Positions 7,730 through 15,101 of a DNA stretch of 26,893 nucleotides are shown here, piece by piece. Position numbers and translations under genes: made by a program. This stretch comes from a virus. Its lineage: Duplodnaviria; Caudoviricetes. The stretch covers positions 1-26,893 of IMG/VR virus record IMGVR_UViG_3300048762_000435. The stretch is one strand, 5' to 3'. The notes under the pieces were generated by a model. That model was not told where the DNA came from. It saw nothing but the letters and a program-made list of their open reading frames with translations, and made no database searches. Position 1 is the stretch's first letter; each line of letters starts with the position of its first letter.

Positions 7730-9799
7730 TCAGTCGGTCAAATTGGCCAGGGCGTCGTCCACTTCAATGGTCATGCGGCGGCGTATGGCGCGCTGGGCAT
7801 CGAGGTTGGGCCGGGCCGGCAGCGCCAGCGGGCGCATGGTGGCCGGCGCGGCGGTCGTTGCGGTGGCCGTGGTGGCCGCGGCTGCCGGCATCTCGCCGGT
7901 GGCGGGGGCAGATTCCACGCGGGCGACGCGGCCTTCACCGTCGCGCATTTCCCTGGTGCGGACCACATGCGGCTGGCCGGGCAGACCGGTTTTGCCGGAG
8001 AGCGCGCTGAAGAAGGTGGCCACGAGCTTGCCCTGTTTCTTGCGGATGTCGTCGCCGTTGTCCATTGCGCCCTCGCCGTAAAATTCCGCGACCGACATCG
8101 GCGTGATGCCGCGCGTGCCGGCGGGGACGTCCGCGCTGGGCGCGGGCGTTTCCCATGGAGCAAAGCCCAGGAACTGGCCAGGCTTGTAGCCGTTGAAATT
8201 GGCCGGACCGGTCTCGCGATTGTAGATGGCGGCGCCGCGCGTCGGTTCGGAGCGGTCAAACCGGCAGAACACACGGTAGCTGCCACCAAGTTCAATCATC
8301 CATGGGGCGCGGAAATCGTAGAACTTACCATCCACCTGAACGGTCACGCGGCCGCCGTCAATGGTGCGCTCGCGGACATCGGGCAGGAACACGGCCGCAT
8401 CCTCGGCATGATTCTCGGCCAGCGGGCGACGGGCGATATCGGCGGCCCAAACTTCATCGGGGATTTCGCCACGGGAATTTTTCCGGGCGTTGATGGCGAG
8501 CATCGCCTGGTCAATGCGCTCGTCCAGAATTTCCGCCGGGGCAAAGCCGGCAAAGAGAGGCGTGCGGCTGCCGGCGCGCACCTGGGCGAGCCGCTTGCCG
8601 GGGAGTTCAAACTCGCCGGCGTGCCGGCCGATGTTATTGAACTCCCTCGTCTTCATGGCGATCTCGGTCTGCAACGGGTTGAAGCAGCCCTCAATGATCT
8701 TGCCGCGGGCGCTTGTGGCATAGATGACGGTGATGCCGATGGCTTTCAGGCCGTCGGTCAGCAGATGCTTTTCCGCCTCGGCCATTTCGCCGCGCACAAA
8801 TTCCTCTTCAACCGGCTGGCCAAACTCATTGAGCTTGAATCCTTTTATTTTGAGCGACATCCAGACGCCACGCTCGAAGACGATCACATCCGGCTTGCCG
8901 CCGTAAGCCAGGAAGAGGCCGCGCAGGAAGCGGAGAATGTCCTCCGACCGGTACGCCTCACGCGGCCGGGCGACGAGCATCTTGCCCAGCCAGCGAATGG
9001 AGCGCTGGTCAATGCAGTACAAGCCTTGCCGTGAGAAAAGGATTTTGCCATCCGCCTGGCACCAGAACGGCTGGTTGACGCTCATGTCGTCAAACACCCA
9101 TTTGAAGCCCGCGGGCAGATCGCCGCGCTGGCCGTCCGGGAAACGCACGGTGAGATCGCGCCGGCTCACCAGTCCGTTGAGCTGATAATGTTTCGGTCCG
9201 CGCACGCGGTTTTCAATTTCCGGCGTGATGCGGCGCAGGAAGCGCTGCAGGCAGATGGGGAAATGGCCGCGCTGCAGGTGCGCGGCCAGCGGCTCCGGGC
9301 ATTCCGGCTCCGCTGCCATGGCGGTCAGGGCCGTGGCCATCTTCGCCGTGCGCCGGCCTTTGCAGACGTTGCCGCCGCTCGCGCCGATGGTGGCCAGATA
9401 CAGGTCCATCAACTTTTTGCAAAATGCCTGGTCTTTCAGCGCGGCCACAAACTTGGACTTGCGGCCGCAGTCTTCCGTCTTGGGCATTAGGGCGTCATCA
9501 CCGCCGGCCTTCACGGCGTTTTCGTAGCGCCAGATCGTTGCGTAGCCGACGCCGATTTTTCGGGCGGCCTGGGTGCGGGAAATATTCTGGGCCAGCAAAC
9601 CATGAAACGTCGCGAGAATTTCCTTGCGACGGTTGGCTTCCTTTACCCGCCAGTCGCCCAGGGCGGCGACTGTCGGGAAGGAAGCTGACGCGGACTTTGC
9701 GGCCTCGAATGCACTGATCGCGTGCGCGAGTTCCGGACTGGCGGCTGTCGCCTCGTTGGAGTCGTGAGTATCCGCGCCAAATGGTTCAGGGGAAAACAT
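7730..9799 (-). CDS. MuA-like DDE-superfamily transposase
   Basis: HTH ISRTQAARKIGVGYATIWRY; RNase H core WVFDD...IDQRS..WLG...KPDVIVFERG...KIIEGCFNPLQ; C-terminal beta-barrel (RTIDGGRVTV...VFCRFD). Confidence 0.9.
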   Translation of the reverse strand: MFSPEPFGADTHDSNEATAASPELAHAISAFEAAKSASASFPTVAALGDWRVKEANRRKEILATFHGLLAQNISRTQAARKIGVGYATIWRYENAVKAGGDDALMPKTEDCGRKSKFVAALKDQAFCKKLMDLYLATIGASGGNVCKGRRTAKMATALTAMAAEPECPEPLAAHLQRGHFPICLQRFLRRITPEIENRVRGPKHYQLNGLVSRRDLTVRFPDGQRGDLPAGFKWVFDDMSVNQPFWCQADGKILFSRQGLYCIDQRSIRWLGKMLVARPREAYRSEDILRFLRGLFLAYGGKPDVIVFERGVWMSLKIKGFKLNEFGQPVEEEFVRGEMAEAEKHLLTDGLKAIGITVIYATSARGKIIEGCFNPLQTEIAMKTREFNNIGRHAGEFELPGKRLAQVRAGSRTPLFAGFAPAEILDERIDQAMLAINARKNSRGEIPDEVWAADIARRPLAENHAEDAAVFLPDVRERTIDGGRVTVQVDGKFYDFRAPWMIELGGSYRVFCRFDRSEPTRGAAIYNRETGPANFNGYKPGQFLGFAPWETPAPSADVPAGTRGITPMSVAEFYGEGAMDNGDDIRKKQGKLVATFFSALSGKTGLPGQPHVVRTREMRDGEGRVARVESAPATGEMPAAAATTATATTAAPATMRPLALPARPNLDAQRAIRRRMTIEVDDALANLTD

Positions 9800-9804
9800 G
9801 GTGT

Positions 9805-10638
9805 TTATTTGGTGAATTCTTCCAGCACTTGCAGCATTCCGGCACGCAGGTCGGCCGGGAGTTTCTTGGCCGTCTTGCGCCAGTCGTCCAGGACGGATTC
9901 GCGGTGGGCATCATCGAGCTTGGTCCAGGCCGGTGCCGCGTGCTTGAGGCTGTCGAACGGAGCGTCCCAAAACTCGAGCTGGGATTGTTCCACGCCGGCG
10001 GAACGCTTGGACTGGTCCGCGCCGGCACCGCCCACGGCGGAAAGGACGTTCCATAGATTTTTCTCGCCGCTCAAAAGTTTGGGCTCCCACTCGACCTTGA
10101 TGTCCACGTGCTTGTCGAACAGCTCGCGAACCTGCCGGGCGCGGCCATAGGTCATGTCGGTTATTCCCCAGCGCGTGCAGAGTTCCTTGACGGTCTCGGC
10201 CTCGTTGGTTTTGCCGGTCAACGGATTCTCATTGGTTTTGATTCCGCGCCGGAGGTTGGCCAGGCGGCGCTGTTCGGCGGATTCCACAAAGTCCTTGCGC
10301 AGGCCCAGGGCCAGGTAGATCACCGCGCCGCGCGTCATGCGTTTGCTGTGCAGCAGCGATTCCACCAGGATGACGGCGGCGTGTTCCTCCGGCCGGACGA
10401 TGCAGGCAATTTCCGGCCACTGCAGCAGCTTGGCAGCGAGCCAGCGCCGACCGCCATCAATGATGAAACCATCGGCGGTGATGAACAGCGGCGGAATGCC
10501 CTCCGGGCCGGTGGCGCGTTGCGCGTCAACAAAGCTGTGCCATTCGTCGCTCTCCGAATCGGGTGCGGCGATGTGTTGCTTGTGGAGTTTGTGCAGGCGC
10601 AGGGTCTGCGGATCGCGGAATTCAATTTGTGTTTTCAT
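9805..10638 (-). CDS. ParB N-terminal (ParB/Srx) domain protein with downstream HTH
   Basis: GIPPLFIT..GFIIDGGRRWLAAKLL..PEIACIV (GxRR arginine patch); KELCTRWGITDMTYGRA HTH. Start re-called at MKTQIEF (ATGA overlap). Confidence 0.85.
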   Translation of the reverse strand: MKTQIEFRDPQTLRLHKLHKQHIAAPDSESDEWHSFVDAQRATGPEGIPPLFITADGFIIDGGRRWLAAKLLQWPEIACIVRPEEHAAVILVESLLHSKRMTRGAVIYLALGLRKDFVESAEQRRLANLRRGIKTNENPLTGKTNEAETVKELCTRWGITDMTYGRARQVRELFDKHVDIKVEWEPKLLSGEKNLWNVLSAVGGAGADQSKRSAGVEQSQLEFWDAPFDSLKHAAPAWTKLDDAHRESVLDDWRKTAKKLPADLRAGMLQVLEEFTK

Positions 10639-10832
10639 TGTGCAAAAAAACTGTCTTTGGATAAGAGTGAGTAGGTTTTTTTTGACGGACCGAAAAAGAC
10701 TGGAACCAAAGCCGGAATCCAACCCATTGAGGTTTCGACTTTGATTGACTTCATGCCGACGCCGCCGCGACGATTGGCCAACAAAAATTCCGGGCGAATG
10801 TCCGGAGGAAGTGTGTGGCCGATGGTTCGCAT
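10635..10832 (-). CDS. Hypothetical protein (65 aa)
   Basis: MRTIGHTLPP...; TAATG overlap upstream and ATGA overlap downstream. Confidence 0.55.
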   Translation of the reverse strand: MRTIGHTLPPDIRPEFLLANRRGGVGMKSIKVETSMGWIPALVPVFFGPSKKTYSLLSKDSFFAQ

Positions 10833-11047
10833 TAGATTTTCCTCCCCAGGTAAGCCTCGGCGATTTCGGTATCGCGCTCGGCGCAGGCGGTGAAGAGCAA
10901 GGCGCGCTCGGCGGGGGAAACCCGGCCGGCTGATTTCACGCGCTCGCGAATTTCGGCCACCGCACCGATCGTGCGGGCGGTCCGCAGCGCGTCGGCAACG
11001 GATTGCAGAACCGGGTTGGCGGGGGCGATGGAGTTGGTGTAGCTCAT
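10832..11047 (-). CDS. Hypothetical helical protein (71 aa)
   Basis: GGAGGT upstream; coupled on both sides. Confidence 0.7.
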   Translation of the reverse strand: MSYTNSIAPANPVLQSVADALRTARTIGAVAEIRERVKSAGRVSPAERALLFTACAERDTEIAEAYLGRKI

Positions 11048-11211
11048 TTGTCACCTCCGACCTTGGTGACATTCTTGGCCCAGATGTATTTGCCGCCGCC
11101 AGCCCATGCCCATAATTCCCCATCCTCATCGCGGCGAATCTGCGGTGAAGTGGAAGTCGGCTCTAAAAAAACAACCATCTTTCTCCACTCGGTTTGCTTG
11201 AAACGTTTCAT
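11044..11211 (-). CDS. Small protein (55 aa) absent from the ORF track
   Basis: MKRFKQTEWRKMVVFLEPTSTSPQIRRDEDGELWAWAGGGKYIWAKNVTKVGGDK; GGAGGT upstream, ATGA overlaps at both ends. Confidence 0.7.
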   Translation of the reverse strand: MKRFKQTEWRKMVVFLEPTSTSPQIRRDEDGELWAWAGGGKYIWAKNVTKVGGDK

Positions 11212-11408
11212 GCGACCTCCAGTTTTGTGATGGCAGGAATTTCCTCGCAGTCACATTTCAGCGCTTGGACCAAATCACCGCTTGGCTCGTGGACCAGGGT
11301 GAGCAGCGACGATGCGCGAATAACCGTGTCGCGATAGACATTGTTGGCGACGGAAACCAGCCGGTGTTCGGCCCCGTAATGTTTGCCGGAATAAACGAAG
11401 AATTTCAT
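11208..11408 (-). CDS. Hypothetical protein (66 aa)
   Basis: GGAGG upstream; ATGA overlaps at both ends. Confidence 0.7.
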   Translation of the reverse strand: MKFFVYSGKHYGAEHRLVSVANNVYRDTVIRASSLLTLVHEPSGDLVQALKCDCEEIPAITKLEVA

Positions 11409-11617
11409 GCGGCCTCCCGTTCCTGAAAAGAAATTCCCTCGCGATGTAGTTTTTCGCGGGCTGCCTCGCGAATGAAAGTTGAAATATCGCGCTCATTGCC
11501 GCGTCCAACCCATTTTTGTATGCCTTCAACTACCGGCGCGGGAACGTATCCTCCCAATAGTTTCCCGGTTCGGGTCACTTGGTTTTTCATGGGCTTCTTT
11601 TTATGTACTGGCTTCAT
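11405..11617 (-). CDS. Ribbon-helix-helix regulator, Ner/Cro position
   Basis: KLLGGYV (strand) PAPVVEGIQKWV (helix A) DISTFIREAAREKL (helix B); first gene of the early operon; alternative start at 11590. Confidence 0.8.
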   Translation of the reverse strand: MKPVHKKKPMKNQVTRTGKLLGGYVPAPVVEGIQKWVGRGNERDISTFIREAAREKLHREGISFQEREAA

Positions 11618-11619
11618 TG

Positions 11620-11701
11620 TTTAAGAATCTTAAAGAGTGTTTAACACTGTTTGCACACACGGTCAAGGAATTTCTTGTAAAATCTTTTAACAGTGTTAAA
11701 A
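11620..11701. promoter_or_regulatory. Divergent promoter/operator region with three related palindromes
   Basis: TTTAAGA-A-TCTTAAA (11620-11634), TTTAACA-C-TGTTTGC (11640-11654), TTTTAACA-G-TGTTAAAA (11685-11701); minus-strand TTGACC (11666-11661)-17 nt-TAAACA. Confidence 0.75.
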
Positions 11702-11708
11702 GGTAGGT

Positions 11709-12014
11709 ATGAGAGCAGCCGGTAAAAAAATCATCGCCGCCCAGGCGACTGCGGCATTGTGGGCTGGAATTGAAGAATGGCAGCGTCGGCAAATACCCCG
11801 CAAATCCATTACAGATTTTTTAGTTGATGCCTGCATTGAGAAACTCATCAATGAGAAAATCCCTTTCGATCTTGCCGCTGCCCGGTTTGACGGGCGCATA
11901 CACAACCCTGACATCGCCAAAAAGAAAATCAGTTTTTCCCATTCACACATTGAATTCGGTGAAAACAGTTTTGCCCCACGCCCCGGCATTGTACGAGGTG
12001 GTACAAAAAAATGA
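11709..12014 (+). CDS. Ribbon-helix-helix regulator, repressor position
   Basis: KKIIAAQA / TAALWAGIEEWQRR / SITDFLVDACIEKL; divergent from and similar to 11405-11617. Confidence 0.7.
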   Translation: MRAAGKKIIAAQATAALWAGIEEWQRRQIPRKSITDFLVDACIEKLINEKIPFDLAAARFDGRIHNPDIAKKKISFSHSHIEFGENSFAPRPGIVRGGTKK

Positions 12015-12173
12015 TCTGGCTCATTATCATCCCGGTCGGCGCGCTGCGCGCTGGCGGTTTATTTTCTGATCGGCGCGATCCGCGCCCATCTGCGCTGGGA
12101 GGATGAAAAAGAATTGCATCTCCACCACGGCGGCGATGCCCCACCAAAAAACGAAATCCGAAAACTACCATGA
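12011..12173 (+). pseudogene. Small single-TM protein gene broken by one extra base near 12047
   Basis: Removing 1 nt gives MIWLIIIPVGALALAVYFLIGAIRAHLRWEDEKELHLHHGGDAPPKNEIRKLP with ATGA overlaps at both ends. Confidence 0.55.
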
Positions 12174-12532
12174 AAATTATTTGCCCAGACTGTGGAAAAG
12201 AAATTAATGAAGAAGAGCATGACGGAGTGGTCAATTGCAGCAATTGCGGTGGATCTGTAAGACCCAAGCCGCTTTCAGAACAGGAAGAAGACCCGGCTGT
12301 TCAACTCAAACAAAAAATTGACGCAATAAAGAGTCATGCCGGGCTTCTCATCGGGATTGGAATCGGGGCCATCATCGTTGGTTTCCTGATTGCCGCTGCC
12401 AATATTGTAACTGATGTTTCCGGTGAAAAAGTTGGGCGTGGGTATTTATTTGCCTGCGCATTCATTGGCTTGGGGCTGTGGCTTTACCTGATCGGCCAGA
12501 TCGTCCACATTCGAGGCAATACTGAAAAATGA
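12170..12532 (+). CDS. Zn-ribbon plus two-TM membrane protein (possible lysogenic-conversion/exclusion factor)
   Basis: CPDCG...CSNCG; two hydrophobic helices; same strand and downstream of the repressor-position gene. Confidence 0.75.
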   Translation: MKIICPDCGKEINEEEHDGVVNCSNCGGSVRPKPLSEQEEDPAVQLKQKIDAIKSHAGLLIGIGIGAIIVGFLIAAANIVTDVSGEKVGRGYLFACAFIGLGLWLYLIGQIVHIRGNTEK

Positions 12533-12727
12533 TTAGCAAAACTGTTTTTACTATGGTTTTTCATTCCCCGAACCAAAGTTACTTTGGTTCGGGGAATCAT
12601 TGAGGTTTTGAGAGGTTTTTTAAAAAGATGGGTTAGCAAAACTGTTTTTCAGGTGATTTGAATTCCCCGAAGTCCAGTAACTGTCCTTCGGGGAATCATT
12701 GGGTTTTTGAGAGATTTTTAGAAAAAG
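12533..12727. repeat. Two ~100-bp direct repeats, each with a 35-bp palindrome
   Basis: Units start at 12533 and 12633 (TTAGCAAAACTGTTTTT); ATTCCCCGAA-N15-TTCGGGGAAT at 12563-12597 and 12662-12696. Confidence 0.92.
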
Positions 12728-12788
12728 CGGGGTCGGCTGCGGTACAGGCAACCGGCCCCCAGCAAACAAACCATGACGCTTAAAATCT

Positions 12789-13013
12789 ATGGCTCATCTG
12801 CCACCGGAAAAATTATCGTTTTCTGACACCCCGCGCAAAACCCTTTTTCTGACCTCGCCCGGCACGGTCGGCGTGCTGGTTGAACAGCGCAATGGCCAGC
12901 AGAGGGAACGCAACAAGTCGTTTGCAGATCCTGCGGCCGCGCTGGCATGGTGTCTGGCGCACCAGGTGAACTTCGTGTTCTTCTACAGCGATGCGGATGC
13001 GGCGAGGAATTGA
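12789..13013 (+). CDS. Hypothetical protein (74 aa)
   Basis: A/C-rich leader, plausible codon usage; no family recognised. Confidence 0.65.
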   Translation: MAHLPPEKLSFSDTPRKTLFLTSPGTVGVLVEQRNGQQRERNKSFADPAAALAWCLAHQVNFVFFYSDADAARN

Positions 13014-13071
13014 ACCTCATCCCAGCGGGCCGGGCCGGAGGCCGGCGCTCCGAAAGGGTATTGACGGAGTT

Positions 13072-13080
13072 TGCTAGACT
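13072..13080 (+). promoter_or_regulatory. Extended -10 promoter, probably leaderless
   Basis: TG-C-TAGACT with the GTG start codon 7 nt after the hexamer. Confidence 0.45.
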
Positions 13081-13086
13081 TCTGCT

Positions 13087-13554
13087 GTGAGTCAGCTTGA
13101 GCTACCAGTCGAATTGCCGCGCACGAAACCAACCCTTGCGTTGGAATCCTGCGCGGATTTTTTTGACCGCGACTACGACATGCTGATTCAGGACGTGGAA
13201 AACCGCGTCATTCAATTCGCCTGGGACATTTCATCCGACGGCAGCAACGACGCGGCGAATCGGATGCGCCGGCGCGAGATCCGAATTTACGCGCCGAGCG
13301 CGTGGGCGTTCTGCTACGGGCGGCCGATGCCGGCGCTGACCGAGGACGAGGTCTATAAACTCATCCTGCCGAATCGCGACCTCCGCAGCACGGAACTCAA
13401 ACGCATTCTGGCGTGCAGCCACCAGCTTATTTACGAGCTGGCGAAATATTTGGTGGTGACGCGGCCGCCGGTGCAGCAGGACGGCCCCAGCAGCTTCACG
13501 GTTTTTTCAGGCGACAGCATTGTGAAATTCCTCAAGTCCCGCCGCATCAGTTAG
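13087..13554 (+). CDS. Putative DNA-binding protein with two Xis/MerR-like HTH units; candidate late activator
   Basis: TLALESCADFFDRDYDMLIQDVE...REIRI and LRSTELKRILACSHQLIYEL...SIVKFLKSRR; sits just before the late genes. Confidence 0.6.
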   Translation: MSQLELPVELPRTKPTLALESCADFFDRDYDMLIQDVENRVIQFAWDISSDGSNDAANRMRRREIRIYAPSAWAFCYGRPMPALTEDEVYKLILPNRDLRSTELKRILACSHQLIYELAKYLVVTRPPVQQDGPSSFTVFSGDSIVKFLKSRRIS

Positions 13555-13894
13555 GGAAATGCGATTACGGTCGCGGCGACTGATACTTCCACGTGGAACT
13601 GTGTTTGAATCCGTGCGTGATGAACGCAACGGGCAAACCAACCAGCCAGACCATTCCAAACTTTGGGCGTCAGCCCAACTTGGCGGCGCGCATCCCTGCC
13701 CCCATCCGGCTGCGCTTCATCACGCACCTCCGGGCTGTGTGCCGCCATTCAATTTTCCCCGCCGCAAACGTCGCGCGGTTCCTTGATATTCATTTCCGTG
13801 CGGGAAGGTGTGCGTATTTCATGCCGCGCACCTCGGCGGGGGAAGCCTGTACTCAAGCGGTCTGAAACATTCAACAGCCAACATCAAACATCCA

Positions 13895-14134
13895 ATGAAC
13901 AAGAAAATCGTCCAAAGTTTGATCATCGCCGGCAGCCTGGCTGCGGCCGCAATCACCATCGCCGGCTGTGCGTCCGAGGAAAAACAGCTCGCCAGCAAAA
14001 TCGAAGGGCTGGGCGTTTCCACCAACACGGTCACAACGGCGACAAACAACATTAACAATCTCCTGACGAACAAAATCACCATCACCACCACCGTTTCCAC
14101 CAACACCATCCCTCCCTTTGAAATCCTCCAATAA
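13895..14134 (+). CDS. Small Thr/Asn-rich lipoprotein
   Basis: Start re-called at MNKKIV; hydrophobic core then lipobox IAG-C. Confidence 0.7.
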   Translation: MNKKIVQSLIIAGSLAAAAITIAGCASEEKQLASKIEGLGVSTNTVTTATNNINNLLTNKITITTTVSTNTIPPFEILQ

Positions 14135-14148
14135 AAAACAAACATCCC

Positions 14149-14739
14149 ATGAAAAATAAAATCACAAATCGTCTCCTCGTCACCTGTTTAATTTTTGGCT
14201 GTGCCGCGATGATCGCGGCCTGCGCGCACGTCCGGGAATACTCCCGTACCGAACACAAAGTCGTGGCCAAGGACGTGGTGGCTCCTCCCGGATGGACTGT
14301 GAGCCAGGTCTTGATCACCAACGCGGCCGATGGAAATCAGATCAGCCATGTGGTCACCACGGCACCCGGTACCAACCAGACCGGCTTCCTGGCTGACATC
14401 TTTGCGCCGCGTCCGCGCGTTTATACCGCGTTTGAGGAAACCTGGTGGGACCGCAGTGCTGGCGGCGGAACGTTCCTATTCACCGATCCGTCGGCGCAGG
14501 AACTCATGTTTACGCATACAAACCAGACGGCGTTAGGCGGCAGCCGCATGGTGAGTATTGGCATGATCAGTTCCACGGTCACCAGCAACGACGTGGCGGC
14601 CATCGGCGCGGCGGGCACGGCGGTTGGCAATGTGGTCGGCGCGGCTGCCTCGGCAGCGACCGGTTCCGGGGCGGTCGGAGCCACCGCCAGCACGGCGGCC
14701 AGCGCGGCGAGTGCCCTGACCAACGCGGTGACGAAATAG
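14149..14739 (+). CDS. Lipoprotein with Gly/Ala-rich hydrophobic C-terminus (spanin-like candidate)
   Basis: MKNK...LLVTCLIFGCAAMIAA-C lipobox; C-terminal VAAIGAAGTAVGNVVGAAAS... Confidence 0.7.
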   Translation: MKNKITNRLLVTCLIFGCAAMIAACAHVREYSRTEHKVVAKDVVAPPGWTVSQVLITNAADGNQISHVVTTAPGTNQTGFLADIFAPRPRVYTAFEETWWDRSAGGGTFLFTDPSAQELMFTHTNQTALGGSRMVSIGMISSTVTSNDVAAIGAAGTAVGNVVGAAASAATGSGAVGATASTAASAASALTNAVTK

Positions 14740-14908
14740 CGACTTAAAGATTCGCCGCACTGGCCGGCGATTGTCCCCAGCCGATACGTCGGCAGCCAGC
14801 ACGTTTTTTATATAACCAAACCAAAAAGCCAGGTGCCGCGCCGGACGGCCAAAATTCCCGAACAGAAGGCAGTCAAAGTTCTGTCAGTGAAATCCGACAC
14901 GTTTTAAC

Positions 14909-15100
14909 ATGAAAAAACCGATGCACTGGAAAGGCCGGCGGGGCGAGGTGATAAAGATCACGGGCGAAGCCCGGTCGCTGGACATCAGCCGTGTCAACAT
15001 CGCCCTGCAGCGTGCCCACGCCCAGGCGCGGCTGACCACGGCGGCGCCGCAGCCGATAAAGCCGGCGCATCTCACCACAGAACCGCTGCCCATGCCCTGA
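14909..15100 (+). CDS. Hypothetical basic protein (63 aa)
   Basis: Stop 1 nt before the DUF1353 start; in operon orientation. Confidence 0.5.
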   Translation: MKKPMHWKGRRGEVIKITGEARSLDISRVNIALQRAHAQARLTTAAPQPIKPAHLTTEPLPMP

Positions 15101-15101
15101 C

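Noticed and set aside
6872-9034. 720-aa plus-strand ORF
   Set aside because: Antisense shadow of the high-GC3 MuA/MuB genes; no motifs of its own.
10639-10722. 28-aa N-terminal extension of ParB in the ORF track
   Set aside because: ATG 10638 overlaps the upstream stop and fits the coupling chain better.
12533-12727. CRISPR mini-array or protelomerase site interpretation
   Set aside because: Only two units, palindromes differ internally while the flanks are conserved, and no cas or protelomerase gene is in the window.
13061-13080. TTGACG...TAGACT as a -35/-10 pair
   Set aside because: Spacer is only 8 nt; kept only the extended -10.
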